Assembly (NCBI GenBank): GCA_963799485.1
Contig: CAWCXJ010000013.1
Coordinates: 64,001 to 128,000 of the forward strand
Length of the DNA stretch: 64,000 bases
Source of the DNA: an uncultured Trueperaceae bacterium
GTDB lineage: Bacteria; Deinococcota; Deinococci; Deinococcales; Trueperaceae
Direction of reading: 5' to 3'
Shown here: piece by piece, positions 20,404 to 30,828 of the stretch
Position numbering within the stretch: the first letter of the stretch is position 1
How the letters are laid out: every line of letters begins with the position of its first letter
Position numbers and translations under genes: made by a program
Notes under the pieces: model-generated
The model's input: only the letters and a program-made list of their open reading frames with translations
Database searches by the model: none
Told to the model about the DNA's origin: nothing

Positions 20404-20823
20404 CTAAAGCAGCAGCTGAAAGTGATGCGACGAGATAACAAAGCCTTCGCGCAGGTAAAACTTGTGCGCCCGAAAACGCTGCACGCCCGAGTCGAGATGA
20501 AGCTGCGCGCAGCCCGCCTCTCTTGCTAAAGCCTTGAGATAATCCAGCAGCGCCTTGCTGTAATCCTTGGAACGGGCTGCTTCGCTCGTTACCAAGTCGT
20601 AAACGTGCAGGTATTTGCCGTAGGCAAACGCCTCGCTCAGCCAGAACCCGGCAACGGCGACGACCCGGCTTTCGTCTTGGACAAAGGCAAGTTGATAGTC
20701 TTGGGTCTCGAGGCGCTTTAGCTGAGGTAGAAACTCGGCCTCTTCCAGGTGCGTCCGCAACTCTTTTAGCACCGTAAAACAAGCGCGTTTTTCGGCGTCG
20801 GTTTGGGCGAGTTTGATGTTCAT
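20404..20823 (-). CDS. GNAT N-acetyltransferase
   Basis: DLVT..ARSK, LHLDSGVQRFRAHKFY; AGGAG RBS before ATG 20823. Confidence 0.88.
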   Translation of the reverse strand: MNIKLAQTDAEKRACFTVLKELRTHLEEAEFLPQLKRLETQDYQLAFVQDESRVVAVAGFWLSEAFAYGKYLHVYDLVTSEAARSKDYSKALLDYLKALAREAGCAQLHLDSGVQRFRAHKFYLREGFVISSHHFQLLL

Positions 20824-20967
20824 ACGGTCTCCTGTAGCAGGTATCATCTGGTCGGCAACGCTCTCAATTTGGGTTTTTTCGACTAGCACGCACATTCTGC
20901 GATGATAGCTGTGTCAATCTTTTGTGAAAATGTCATTTGATAGCGCCTGAACGTGCTAGCTTGACCC

Positions 20968-21654
20968 ATGATATTACTGCCTGAAGAGCCGCATTTTGAA
21001 CCTTGGCAGGTGACGTCGTTGCGGGCGTTTGTCGGGTTGATTCAAGCTGAGCTTCCCGGAGATAGGCCGGGTGTTGTGGCGATTGACGGGCGCAGCGCCA
21101 ACGGTAAATCAACGCTCGCAGCACGTTTGAGCCGAGAAGTTACCGGTTCGGTCGTCGTGCATACGGATGACGTTCCCGCGAGCGCTGCTTGGCCGGGTAG
21201 AGATATCTATTCACCTTCTACAAATGCAGCACCCTCTTTTTTCGATTGGGCAGAGCGGGTACGGGAGACTGTTTTGAAACCTGCACGTGCCGGAAATACC
21301 GTAAAGTACCGTCCTCCATCTTGGACAGATTGGCTACGAGACGAGGGCGCTTTTATAGATGTGCCGCTGGGTTGTAGCCTGCTGATTTTTGAAGGTGTCG
21401 GTGCCGCCCGCCGAGAATTGACAGACTTAATTGACGTAGCGGTGTGGGTGCAATCAGATATTGAGAAGGCCAAAGCGAGAGGCATCATCCGTGATGGCGA
21501 TAATGTGGAAGCCGTTACCCTTTGGGAAAAGTGGATGGCTGAAGAGTTTCCTTTTTTAGCTGGGCAGCGGCCTTGGGAAAGGGCAAACTTCGTCGTTTGC
21601 GGTACGCCCGAACTCGAGCACGACCCCACCACAGAAGTTGTCGTCGCAGCTTGA
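20968..21654 (+). CDS. Uridine-kinase-like P-loop protein
   Basis: AIDGRSANGKST, VHTDD, EGVGA, RPWERA; AT-richer than its flanks. Confidence 0.75.
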   Translation: MILLPEEPHFEPWQVTSLRAFVGLIQAELPGDRPGVVAIDGRSANGKSTLAARLSREVTGSVVVHTDDVPASAAWPGRDIYSPSTNAAPSFFDWAERVRETVLKPARAGNTVKYRPPSWTDWLRDEGAFIDVPLGCSLLIFEGVGAARRELTDLIDVAVWVQSDIEKAKARGIIRDGDNVEAVTLWEKWMAEEFPFLAGQRPWERANFVVCGTPELEHDPTTEVVVAA

Positions 21655-21734
21655 AAGCTGCCTTGTTTTCCAGCGCTGTCACCTCAGTCTGGGTTCTGCG
21701 TCCTGTCTACGCAAACCCTGTCCAAACGTAAGTG

Positions 21735-22190
21735 CTAGAGGCGTTTCGTCATAAACACGCTGTTCGGGTCGTCGGTGTAGTCGGCGAAAGGGCCACACGC
21801 CGTAAAACCGTAGCGCAAATATAGGGCTCTCGCCGGTGCGAACGCAGGCATCGCGCCTGTTTCCAGATATAAACGGGCGTACCCGCGCTTTTCGGCCTCT
21901 TCGAGGATGTGCTCGAGCAACCTCTTTCCGACACCCCGACCCCGGTGCGCCGCCGCGGTACGCATCGATTTGACCTCACCTGTGTTTGCGCCCAGTTCCT
22001 TGAGCGCCCCGCACCCGAGCAGTTCGTCACCTTCCCAAGCCGTCCAGAAGGTGACGTCAGGCGCGCGGAGCGCCTCCAGCCCGAGCGCGTGGATACTTTC
22101 AGGCGGCGTGATTTCGTGCATATGCTCGAGGTGTTCCCGGAGCAACGCAGCAATCTTTTCGCCCTTCAGGTCGTCTTGGCAGATGTGCAT
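21735..22190 (-). CDS. GNAT N-acetyltransferase
   Basis: [29 protein letters not shown]. Confidence 0.9.
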   Translation of the reverse strand: MHICQDDLKGEKIAALLREHLEHMHEITPPESIHALGLEALRAPDVTFWTAWEGDELLGCGALKELGANTGEVKSMRTAAAHRGRGVGKRLLEHILEEAEKRGYARLYLETGAMPAFAPARALYLRYGFTACGPFADYTDDPNSVFMTKRL

Positions 22191-22220
22191 AGGCGCTCCT
22201 AAAGCCGTCGCCGGGCAGCG

Positions 22221-23769
22221 CTAGGAGAGCTGCCGATATGCGCCCAGCGTTAAAAAAGGCGCGAAGGTGTCGTCCAACACGAGTGCGTCGAGCAGCGCAG
22301 CGGCGTCTTTTAACTCTGGTGAAGCCGTCAAGCTTCCCTATTTCTTCATCTCGGAGGTTGCGGTAGTGCGTTTCGGAGAAGGTTTCACCGGACGCCAGTT
22401 TCGCCCCGTGCTTGAGCCACTGCCACAGCTGCGCCCGCGAGATTTCGGCGGTCGCCGCGTCCTCCATGAGGTTGAAAATGGCCACCGCGCCGGTTCCCGA
22501 AAGCCACGCGCTGAGGTACTGCAGCGCCACACTGATGTTGTTGCGTGCGCCCGCTTCGGTAATTTCGCCCCCCGGCACCTCGGCGTTGATGAGCGCGGCG
22601 GCGTCCGGCTGCACGTCGTCTCGCTGCCGGTCTTTCTGGTTGGGGCGTTCGTTTAGCACGGCGTCGAATTCAGCCTGCGCGACGCCGATGAGGTCGGGGT
22701 GCGCGACCCAGGTCCCGTCGCAACCTGCGCGGGCTTCGCGGCGTTTGTCTTCACGAACTTTTTCCAGCGCCTCTTCGGTTACCGCCGGGTCGCGGCGGTT
22801 GGGGATAAACGCCGCCATCCCGCCCACCGCGTGTGCGCTGCGCCGGTGACAGGTCTTAATCAGCAGCTCGGTGTACGCGTGCATAAAGGGAACGCCCATC
22901 GTGATCTGCGCGCGGTCGGGCAACACCTTGTCGGCGCGTTCCCGAAAAGTTTTGATAAACGAGAAGATATAGTCCCAGCGGCCCGCGTTGAGACCGGCGG
23001 CGTGCTCGCGCAGTTCGTACAAGATTTCGTCCATCTCGAAAGCGGCGGGGAGCGTCTCGATCAGGACGGTGGCGCGCACCGTCCCGACAGGAATTTCCAG
23101 ATAGTTCTGGGCGAAAATAAAGACTTCGTTCCAGAACCGGGCCTCGAGGTGAGACTCGAGCTTCGGAATGTAAAAATACGGGCCGCTCCCGCGCCCTAGC
23201 AGTTCGGCGGCGCTGTGAAAAAAGTAAAGCCCGAAGTCGAACAGACTTCCCGATATCGCTTCGTCACCTGCCGTGGCGTGTTTTTCGTTTAAGTGCAGAC
23301 CGCGCGGGCGCACGACCAAGGTCGCTGTTTGGTCGTTTAGCGCGTAGGTTTTGCCTCCGGTCGTAAGCTTTAGGGTCTTTCTCACGGCGTCGTAAAGGCT
23401 GACCTGCGCGCCGACGATGTTCGCCCACGTCGGTGACAGCGAGTCTTCGATATCGGCCATAAAAACTTTTGCGGGCGAATTGAGCGCGTTGATGATCATC
23501 TTCGCTTCGGCGGGGCCGGTAATCTCGACGCGGCGGTCGTCGAGGTCGGCGGGGGCTGGTGCGACTTGCCAATCACCGCTGCGGATATGTTCGGTTTCAG
23601 GCAAAAAGCCCGGCAGCCGACCTTCGTTAAAGGTGCGCTGGCGGTGGGTGCGCTGCGCCAACAGGTTTTGCCGTTTGGCCTCGAACGCCTCGTGAAGCGC
23701 ACTGAGAAAAGTTAGCGCTTCAGCGTTTAGGATATGACCGGCGTCACTGGCTTGAACGCTCAGGGGCAT
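22221..23769 (-). CDS. aceB: Malate synthase A, with an apparent +1 frameshift near 22310-22340
   Basis: [44 protein letters not shown]; the expected C-terminus (..[28 protein letters not shown]) lies in the +1 frame and ends at 22221. Confidence 0.92.
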
Positions 23770-23837
23770 CTAAGAACTCCTTTTTGGTGGGTTGGGCGCA
23801 GGCGTGTTTAAGGCGGGGCCGGGTACGGCTCGAGCGT

Positions 23838-23864
23838 AAAAAGGGGAGGGTATAAGCCTCTCCC
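23838..23864 (-). terminator. Intrinsic terminator after msrA
   Basis: Minus strand GGGAGAGG-CTTATA-CCCTCCCC-TTTTT. Confidence 0.6.
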
Positions 23865-23891
23865 TACCCCTCGTCTGATTTTACGGTGCCG

Positions 23892-24392
23892 CTAGGCGTC
23901 GACCGTCAGGTAGCTGCCGAAATAGATACGGTGGCAGGTATACCCGCCCGGATTTTTGACGAGGTAGTCCTGATGGTAGCCTTCGGCGGGCCAGAACTGC
24001 GTCAAGGGCTCCAGGGTCGTTACGACTTTGTTGGACCAGCGCCCCGAGTTGTTGACGATCTCGATCATCTCTTCGGCGGTGCGTTTTTCTTCTTCGTCTT
24101 GGTAGAAAATGGCCGAGCGGTAAGACGCGCCTCTATCGTTGCCCTGACGGTTTAGCGTGGTCGGGTCGTGAACCTGAAAGAAAAAGTCGAGCAGCCGCTG
24201 GTAACTAGTCACGTCCGGGTCGTAGGTGATTTTTAGCGCCTCGGCGTGACCGGGGTGACGCCCATAGGTCGGGTTGTCGTTTTCTCCGCCGGTATAACCG
24301 ACCTCGGTATCTAAGACACCGGGTTGTTTGCGGATGAGGTCTTCAAGACCCCAGAAACAGCCACCTGCCAAGATTGCGGTACGTTCTGTCAT
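23892..24392 (-). CDS. msrA: Peptide-methionine (S)-S-oxide reductase
   Basis: [36 protein letters not shown]. Confidence 0.96.
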   Translation of the reverse strand: MTERTAILAGGCFWGLEDLIRKQPGVLDTEVGYTGGENDNPTYGRHPGHAEALKITYDPDVTSYQRLLDFFFQVHDPTTLNRQGNDRGASYRSAIFYQDEEEKRTAEEMIEIVNNSGRWSNKVVTTLEPLTQFWPAEGYHQDYLVKNPGGYTCHRIYFGSYLTVDA

Positions 24393-24582
24393 AGATTTGA
24401 CTCCTTCACGGGTTAAGTTTACCCGTTTACGGGCAAACCGGCGGCGTCTCGGTGACAGGCTTTAACGCCGGCGTAACCGTTTTTGCCTTTATGCCTCAGT
24501 TGTACCCTGGTACGCCGATATTCGGTATTCGGCAACTGAAACTGCCCTGCGCCTAAAAAATCTCAGATGTTACAAAAAAGAC

Positions 24583-24611
24583 TTTACAACCGTGTGCAAG
24601 GTGTGTAAAAT
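24583..24611 (+). promoter_or_regulatory. Sigma70-type promoter
   Basis: TTTACA-17 bp-TAAAAT; predicted +1 at about 24618. Confidence 0.7.
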
Positions 24612-24617
24612 GAGCTC

Positions 24618-24647
24618 GTGATATACGTTTTCGCTCGAGCTAGCTGA
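24618..24647 (+). CDS. Candidate leaderless leader peptide MIYVFARAS
   Basis: GTG at the predicted +1; TGA at 24645-47 directly before the hairpins. Confidence 0.45.
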   Translation: MIYVFARAS

Positions 24648-24650
24648 CCT

Positions 24651-24708
24651 GCGGTACGTTTTAACGTATCGCTCTCCCGACCGGCCCCCACGTGGTGCGG
24701 TCTTTTTT
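24651..24708 (+). terminator. Hairpin plus intrinsic terminator in the aminotransferase 5' leader (attenuator-like)
   Basis: GCGGTACGTT/AACGTATCGC stem, then GACCG..CCA-CG-TGG..CGGTC-TTTTTT. Confidence 0.6.
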
Positions 24709-24771
24709 ATTGCTACTTTTTTACCTCTACTTTATCGGCGGGCTGCTCGGCCTAAACAGAAAAGGTGTGAC

Positions 24772-25935
24772 ATGAACGCTCCCCAACCCGTGCTGCTCTT
24801 GACCCCCGGCCCTACCCCCCTGCACCCCCGGGCTAGCGCAGCCCTGTCGTGGCCGATGATCGGTCACATGGACCCGGAGGTTTTCGCCTACAACGACCGG
24901 GTGGCGCGCGACCTCAAGGTGCTTTACGGCGCAAACGACGACGCGTTTACCGCGCTCTTGTCCGGCACGGGTTCCTTGGGGATGGAGGCGGGCTTTGCCA
25001 ACTTGCTCGAGCGGGGCGACCGGGCGCTCGTTTTATCGAACGGCGTGTTCGGCGAGCGGATGGCGGAGATGGCGTTGCGGCTCGGCGCGGAGGTAAGTGT
25101 GCTGCGCGCGCCGCTCGGCAGTCCGGTGGAGGTCGGTGAGGTGCGGCGGGCGGCCCGTGAGCTGCAGCCGAAACTCATCTCGGTCGTTCACGGCGAGACG
25201 AGTACAGGTGTGCTGAACCCGGTGCCTGAAATCGGTCAGGTCGCCCGCGAGGTCGGCGCGCTCTATTCGGTGGACGCGGTGACAACCGTCGGGATGTTGC
25301 CCTTTAACGCCTCGGCGTGGGGGATCGATTACGCCTATACGGGTTCGCAAAAGTGTTTGTCAGCCCCGCCCGGACTCGCCCCGGTGATGTTCAGCCGCCG
25401 CGCGGTGGAGGTTATCGCGGCGCGCAAGACGCCGGTCGGTACCTGGTACGGCGACGCGCTCGGGATGCTCGGCTACTGGGGTGAGGGGCCGGTGCGGAGC
25501 TACCATCACACCGTTCCGGTACAACTGCACTGGGCGACCGGCGAGGCGATTCGGGCAGTTTTAGAAGAGGGTATTCCGGCGCGGGCGGCGCGGGCGCGGG
25601 CGCTCGAGGACGCCGCCCTCTACGCCCTCTCCGCGCTCGGGTTTCGAGCTTTCGTCCCCGAGGCGTACCGTTTACCGACGGTTTTAGCCGTAGAACTTCC
25701 TGAAGGTTTCGACGACGCCGGTGTCCGGGCTGCGCTCCGCGAACGCTACCGCATCAGCGTCACCGGCGGGCTCGGCGCGACGGCGGGTAAAATCTGGCGA
25801 CTCGGTTTGATGGGCGAAAGCGCCCACGCCGCGCACTACGCGCGGCTGATGGACGCGTTATCAGAGATTCTGGGCGCGCCCGAACTCAAACGCCGTTTCG
25901 ACGAGGCGACCCTGGGGGCGGCGGTTGTCCGCTGA
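24772..25935 (+). CDS. Class-V PLP aminotransferase (alanine/serine--glyoxylate type)
   Basis: [41 protein letters not shown]. Confidence 0.92.
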   Translation: MNAPQPVLLLTPGPTPLHPRASAALSWPMIGHMDPEVFAYNDRVARDLKVLYGANDDAFTALLSGTGSLGMEAGFANLLERGDRALVLSNGVFGERMAEMALRLGAEVSVLRAPLGSPVEVGEVRRAARELQPKLISVVHGETSTGVLNPVPEIGQVAREVGALYSVDAVTTVGMLPFNASAWGIDYAYTGSQKCLSAPPGLAPVMFSRRAVEVIAARKTPVGTWYGDALGMLGYWGEGPVRSYHHTVPVQLHWATGEAIRAVLEEGIPARAARARALEDAALYALSALGFRAFVPEAYRLPTVLAVELPEGFDDAGVRAALRERYRISVTGGLGATAGKIWRLGLMGESAHAAHYARLMDALSEILGAPELKRRFDEATLGAAVVR

Positions 25936-26515
25936 CCCGGACGCTCAAGCTTTAGACCCGCAGTTTTTAGAGGCGGTGAGCACGCACACGCCGAACGACC
26001 GGGTGCGCGCTCAGGCGGCGGCTGCCGGGATGGATTTGGACGCGTTACGAGAGCGCGAGCCGCTGACCTACGCGGCGCTGAACGCGGTTTTACTGGTGCG
26101 TACCGACGCGCGGCTTGCTTCTCAGGTGAACGCGGTACTCGCACAGGTCGCGCCGCACGCACAGCTTTTTACGGTGCCGCTGACAAATCCGCAGACCAAT
26201 ACCGAGCTGCGCGTTTTTCCGCCTCTGCAAAAAGAGTGGACAGCCCTCGACGACGCGTTAGGGGTGTTTGCGGGGACACAACCGGGTAGCCTCTTCTACC
26301 GCACGGTCAGCGACCGCTCGGGTGCGCGCCGTGAACTGGCGTGGCCCCTCGAGCCTAAAGCCTGGCAGGCCGGAACCGCGCTCGTCGGCCCTTTCGCCGA
26401 CGAGGCGGAAGCAAACGCCTGGGGACAAGTTCACGCCGACCCGCGCGCCGGGTTTGTCTTCGACGCCCTGCCCTATGCGGGCGCGTGGTACTGCGACGTA
26501 TTTAAGGGCGACTGA
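25925..26515 (+). CDS. Hypothetical protein
   Basis: 196-aa ORF overlapping the aminotransferase stop; genome-like codon usage. Confidence 0.65.
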   Translation: MSADPDAQALDPQFLEAVSTHTPNDRVRAQAAAAGMDLDALREREPLTYAALNAVLLVRTDARLASQVNAVLAQVAPHAQLFTVPLTNPQTNTELRVFPPLQKEWTALDDALGVFAGTQPGSLFYRTVSDRSGARRELAWPLEPKAWQAGTALVGPFADEAEANAWGQVHADPRAGFVFDALPYAGAWYCDVFKGD

Positions 26516-26639
26516 CTGCCGACTCGGCGCGGGTGTAACGAACCCTGCCGGGAGCGGTAACTGCGTGGCTGAGGCGATAAGCCTACAGGCCGTATACTCG
26601 GGTCTATGACGCAAGCTGCTGAAGCCACCTCAACCTCAC

Positions 26640-27645
26640 GTGCCGACCGAAAAACGCAACCGTGTTTTTTCCGGGGTGCAACCGACCGGCGACCTTCATC
26701 TGGGCACCTACCTGGGCGCGCTCAAAGGCTGGGTCGCGCGCCAAGACGAAGCGGAAAATATCTTCTGCGTCGTTGACCTGCACGCGCTGACGGTACCTGA
26801 AGCCGTAAATCCGGCGGTTTTACGGGAGAAGTCCTTAGAGGTCGCCGCCCTTTACCTTGCCGCCGGTCTCGACCCGAAAAAAAACCTGATCTTTATCCAG
26901 TCGCACGTCCGTGAACACAGCGAACTCGCGTGGATTTTGAACTGTCTGACGCCGCTCGGCTGGCTTTACCGGATGACGCAGTTCAAATCGAAATCCGAAG
27001 GGCGTGAGAGCGTCGGCTCGGGGCTCTTGACCTATCCGACGCTTGATGGCCGCCGACATCTTGCTCTACGACACCACTTCCGTTCCGGTAGGTGACGATC
27101 AGCGCCAGCACGTAGAACTTACCCGTGACGTCGCCACGCGCTTTAACAACATGTTCGGCGACGTTTTTACCTTGCCGAACGCGACCATCCCCGAAGAGGG
27201 CGCACGCGTCATGGGATTCGACGACCCCGCCGTAAAAATGAGCAAAAGCCTCGCGGTGACGCGTCCGGGGCACGCGGTCAACCTGTTGGACGACGAAAAG
27301 ACCATCAAAAAAGCGGTGATGTCGGCGGTGACCGACTCGGGGCGTGATACCCGGTTTGCCACTGCCTCGCCGGGAGTCAAAAACCTCTTGTCGCTCTACA
27401 AAGTCCTGACGAATACGCCGATGTCCGACATCGAAGCGAAATTTGACGCTCAGGGTTACGGGACGCTCAAAAAGGCGCTGCTCGGCGAGATTCTAGCGAC
27501 GCTCCAACCTTTACAAGCACGCTACGCCGAGATTACGGCAGATGAGGCGGGCTTAAAACGCATTTTAGCAAGTAGCGCCGAGCGCGCCCGCGACATCGCC
27601 TCAAAGACGACCGCACGCGTCCGTGACGCGACAGGTCTGGGCTGA
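26640..27645 (+). CDS. trpS: Tryptophan--tRNA ligase, split by a +1 frameshift near 27042
   Basis: [17 protein letters not shown] and YPTL in ORF1; [14 protein letters not shown] and KMSKS in ORF2. Confidence 0.9.
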
Positions 27646-28517
27646 GCGTACTGTTTCTCTTTCTGGACGGTGTGGGGCTCGGCACGTCCGACGCTGCGGT
27701 GAACCCTTTTACGGCGGCACAGACGCCGTTTCTCTCGTCCTTGCTGGGTGGCCCCCTGAGCGCCGAACGAACCGTCATCGACACGCCTCAGCTGCAGTTT
27801 CGGCCTCTCTCGGCGACGCTTTCGCACGCGGGTTTGCCGCAATCGGCGACAGGCCAAACGACGCTCCTAACGGGTCAGAACGGGGCCGAACTGATGGGGC
27901 GGCACTACGGGCCGTGGCCGGGGCCGACGCTCAAACGGGCGCTGGGTAAAGGCACAATCTTCTCCGAAGTCGTCTCTGCGGGGGGCCGCGTAGGGCTTGC
28001 CAACGCCTTTCCGCCCGGTTACTTTCGTGCGCTCACTGAAGGCAAGCAAAAGGTCAACGTCCCGGTCTATGCAGCGCAGCAAGCAGGGGTCAGGCTCCTG
28101 ACGCAAGCTGATTATGACGCTGGCAACGCCGTCAGTGCCGATTTAGACGGACAGTATTTAGGTGTACCGCAACCGCTCGCCGAAGCCGGGGCGCAGCTCG
28201 CGCGACTCGCTGCGGGCAATGACCTGACCTTTTTCGATTTCTGGCTCTCCGACACAGCAGGCCACCGCTGGACGTTTGACGAAGCGGTCAAGCTTACCGA
28301 AAAACTCGACGGGTTTCTGGCAGGCGTCGTTCCGGCGCTCGGCAGCACGACGCTGGTGCTAACGTCCGACCACGGGAACCTCGAGGATAAGTCCACCCGT
28401 TCACACACCCGCAACCCGGTACCGCTGCTGGTAATAGGTCCTTACGCCGCTACCTTCGCCGGAGCCACAAGTCTGCTGGACGTGACTCCGGCCTTACGCG
28501 TTGCCCTGGAGCTCTAA
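27642..28517 (+). CDS. Alkaline-phosphatase-superfamily metalloenzyme (phosphoglycerate-mutase/phosphopentomutase-like), probable CTG start
   Basis: LFLFLDGVGLG, PQSATGQT, D.AGH, TSDHGNLED, HTRNPVP; in-frame TGA at 27624. Confidence 0.82.
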   Translation: MSVLFLFLDGVGLGTSDAAVNPFTAAQTPFLSSLLGGPLSAERTVIDTPQLQFRPLSATLSHAGLPQSATGQTTLLTGQNGAELMGRHYGPWPGPTLKRALGKGTIFSEVVSAGGRVGLANAFPPGYFRALTEGKQKVNVPVYAAQQAGVRLLTQADYDAGNAVSADLDGQYLGVPQPLAEAGAQLARLAAGNDLTFFDFWLSDTAGHRWTFDEAVKLTEKLDGFLAGVVPALGSTTLVLTSDHGNLEDKSTRSHTRNPVPLLVIGPYAATFAGATSLLDVTPALRVALEL

Positions 28518-29671
28518 CCGCCTAGAAGCCTCGGCAAGATGATAATCGCCGCCTCGTACCACGCGCCGATAACGAGCAGTAAAAACGCTATCGGCAGCAT
28601 CATCGTGAGTTTGCGAAACGCCAGCCTGAACCCGGCCAGACCGCCCCGGATGAGCGTGACGAGGAGCATCCCGCCGCCTGCGGTGACGAGTACATACGCC
28701 ATCAGTTCGATAAGGATAAGTACGGCGATAGAGAGCAGCGTCGCCGGGTCGCTCTGGGTTAAAAAACCAAACGGCACGCCGAGCGCGAGAAAACGGGCAC
28801 CGTTCAGGATATACGCGAGTACCCCGAACGAGATAAAGGCGACCCCGTAAGTCGTCACGACCGCGCCCATGACGAAGTTTTGGTAGAGCGTCGCGGCGGC
28901 GGCCCGCGCGACGTTACCGCTTTCGTACGCTTGCGCCGCGCCGAGCTGCGACACGCCCTCTTCGACGAGCTGGGTAACGGTCTGGGCGCAGACGGGCGGG
29001 AGGTTCGCGCCCGTAAAAACGCCGAGCCCGAAAAGTCCGTAGAGGAGCGAGATGGTGACAATCGTCAGGCGGCGGTGTTCGCGTAAATAACCCCAGCCCT
29101 CGGCGAGCCAGCGGCGAAAAAACGATGGGCGCACGAGCAGATAGATAAATAGAAGGCTGAAGGCCGCAAAAATCCAGGCAGCGACCGGCCCTTGCAGCGC
29201 GGCGGGAATGGTCGGGGTCTGAACGTTTGTCTGGACGCCGACGTTTGCTATTTGCCAGCGCCCGTCTTGATTTTTTAGGTTGACCTCGAGTACTGCCAAA
29301 CGCTCCCCCGGAAACGTCACCGGGTAGGTGTAGCGGCGCGCCTCCGGGGTGCTGTCACGTTCGACCCGGTTCTCAAAGTTGACGGTGGTACCCGCCGGCG
29401 GCGCAGGGTTGTTCAGCAGCGTCGGCAGTTGGCGGCAGACCGCTTCGGGAGAAAGCGAAGAGAGCGTCACCGGGTCAAACGGTTCGCGTGCCAGCCACGC
29501 GCGCACGGCGTTGTCCGCGACTGCTGCGGGGGCGCGCGTTTGTCCGGCTTGAGCGGTCGGCGCGGCGGGAGTTTGCTGCGGCAGCGTTTGAGATTGCCCT
29601 GCGGCGGTGGGTGCTCCCTGAACTGCGCTCAAGGCCGTGAACAGCAGCAACGCTAAAAAAAGTCGCCTCAT
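28514..29671 (-). CDS. Membrane protein with a SpoIIM-like C-terminal domain
   Basis: Signal peptide at ATG 29671 overlapping the pyrE stop; IELMAY..AGGG, GAWYEA. Confidence 0.7.
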   Translation of the reverse strand: MRRLFLALLLFTALSAVQGAPTAAGQSQTLPQQTPAAPTAQAGQTRAPAAVADNAVRAWLAREPFDPVTLSSLSPEAVCRQLPTLLNNPAPPAGTTVNFENRVERDSTPEARRYTYPVTFPGERLAVLEVNLKNQDGRWQIANVGVQTNVQTPTIPAALQGPVAAWIFAAFSLLFIYLLVRPSFFRRWLAEGWGYLREHRRLTIVTISLLYGLFGLGVFTGANLPPVCAQTVTQLVEEGVSQLGAAQAYESGNVARAAAATLYQNFVMGAVVTTYGVAFISFGVLAYILNGARFLALGVPFGFLTQSDPATLLSIAVLILIELMAYVLVTAGGGMLLVTLIRGGLAGFRLAFRKLTMMLPIAFLLLVIGAWYEAAIIILPRLLGG

Positions 29672-30207
29672 ACTTCCTCTAACGGTACACCGTCGCGGCA
29701 CAAGGGGCACGCGTCTGGTGTGTGGGTGGGAAACTCGAGGCTCAAAAGCGAACGCGGCGCGAGCGGCGAACCGAGGCGGTCGATGATGCAGCCTACGTCG
29801 GCACATTCGGCCCCTTCCGCTTCGGCGGCGCGAATCGCCTTGCGCAGCGACCCGCCGGTCGTAATTACGTCCTCGACGGCTAAAAACCGCTCGCCCGGAG
29901 AGATTTTGAACGCGTCCCGGATGAGCATCCGGTTTTTGCTGAACTTTTCGGCAAAGATAGCCCGGCACCCGAGCGCGCGGGCAACCGTATGCGCTAAAAC
30001 CACCCCGCCCATCGCCGGGCCGAGCACGAAGTCGGGTTCTAAACCCCGAAACTTGGCGGCGAGCGCGGCCCCGAGCGCTTCGGCGCGTTCCGGGTGCTGA
30101 AAGACGGTGGTCGATTGCAAAAACTTGGGGGAGTGGCGGCCCGAGGCGAGTAAAAAGTGCCCCTCGAGAAGTCCGCCGCTCTGCCGGTAAAGGTCTAGTA
30201 CGTCCAT
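29668..30207 (-). CDS. pyrE: Orotate phosphoribosyltransferase
   Basis: EGHFLLASGRHS, GPAMGG, VEDVITTGGS. Confidence 0.95.
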   Translation of the reverse strand: MDVLDLYRQSGGLLEGHFLLASGRHSPKFLQSTTVFQHPERAEALGAALAAKFRGLEPDFVLGPAMGGVVLAHTVARALGCRAIFAEKFSKNRMLIRDAFKISPGERFLAVEDVITTGGSLRKAIRAAEAEGAECADVGCIIDRLGSPLAPRSLLSLEFPTHTPDACPLCRDGVPLEEV

Positions 30208-30330
30208 GTTCGCCCAGCATACCGCGGCGACCCCGCCAACCGGAGCTCCCGGGTAGATGTTTCATAAGCCGGCGTGTTGTGAAGTGTACTGCAAACGAGT
30301 GTGCGACCTGTATCCGGTAAACTGGGTTGG

Positions 30331-30828
30331 ATGAAACGGGTGGAGTGGTGGGGGAACGCGGCGCAGCGCACCCTGATGGCACTTTTCCCATGTCTGGCCC
30401 GACCCGACGATACGCTGGCCCAAAACACACTTTCCGAAGCCGAATTCAGGCTCTACCGGCAGATGGACGTGCGCGACCGTGCCCACGCTTGCGCCGTGGC
30501 GCGCCGGCTTTCGGCGCTCTACCCGGACGCGTCGGACGTACTGCGCCGCGCCGCGCTGCTTCACGACGTCGGCAAAGCCGGATACGTCTACAGGCCGTGG
30601 CAGCGTATTTTCGTCGCGCTCTACACGCCGCGCACGGTGCCCGCGACGCCGCGCCTGTCAGGACTTAAGGGGGCGTGGCAGTTGCGGCGGCATCACGACC
30701 GTTACGGGGCCGAGGCCATCTTGAGCGCCGGGGGAGACGCCCGCGTCGCCGAACTCGTCGCGCGTCACCACCGGCCCGGAACCGACGCCGAGGCGGCCCG
30801 GCTGATGGAGATCGATGCCCGCTTTTAA
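30331..30828 (+). CDS. HD-domain protein
   Basis: DRAHA, AALLHDVGK, ARHH. Confidence 0.82.
   Translation: MKRVEWWGNAAQRTLMALFPCLARPDDTLAQNTLSEAEFRLYRQMDVRDRAHACAVARRLSALYPDASDVLRRAALLHDVGKAGYVYRPWQRIFVALYTPRTVPATPRLSGLKGAWQLRRHHDRYGAEAILSAGGDARVAELVARHHRPGTDAEAARLMEIDARF

Noticed and set aside
27030..27060. prfB-like programmed +1 frameshift in trpS
   Set aside because: There is no in-frame stop at the shift site and no internal Shine-Dalgarno; other indels in the window point to sequence error or decay.
28514..30430. 638-aa ORF as a single protein
   Set aside because: Its N-terminal half is an alternative frame over pyrE and the HD gene; a signal peptide marks the real start at 29671.
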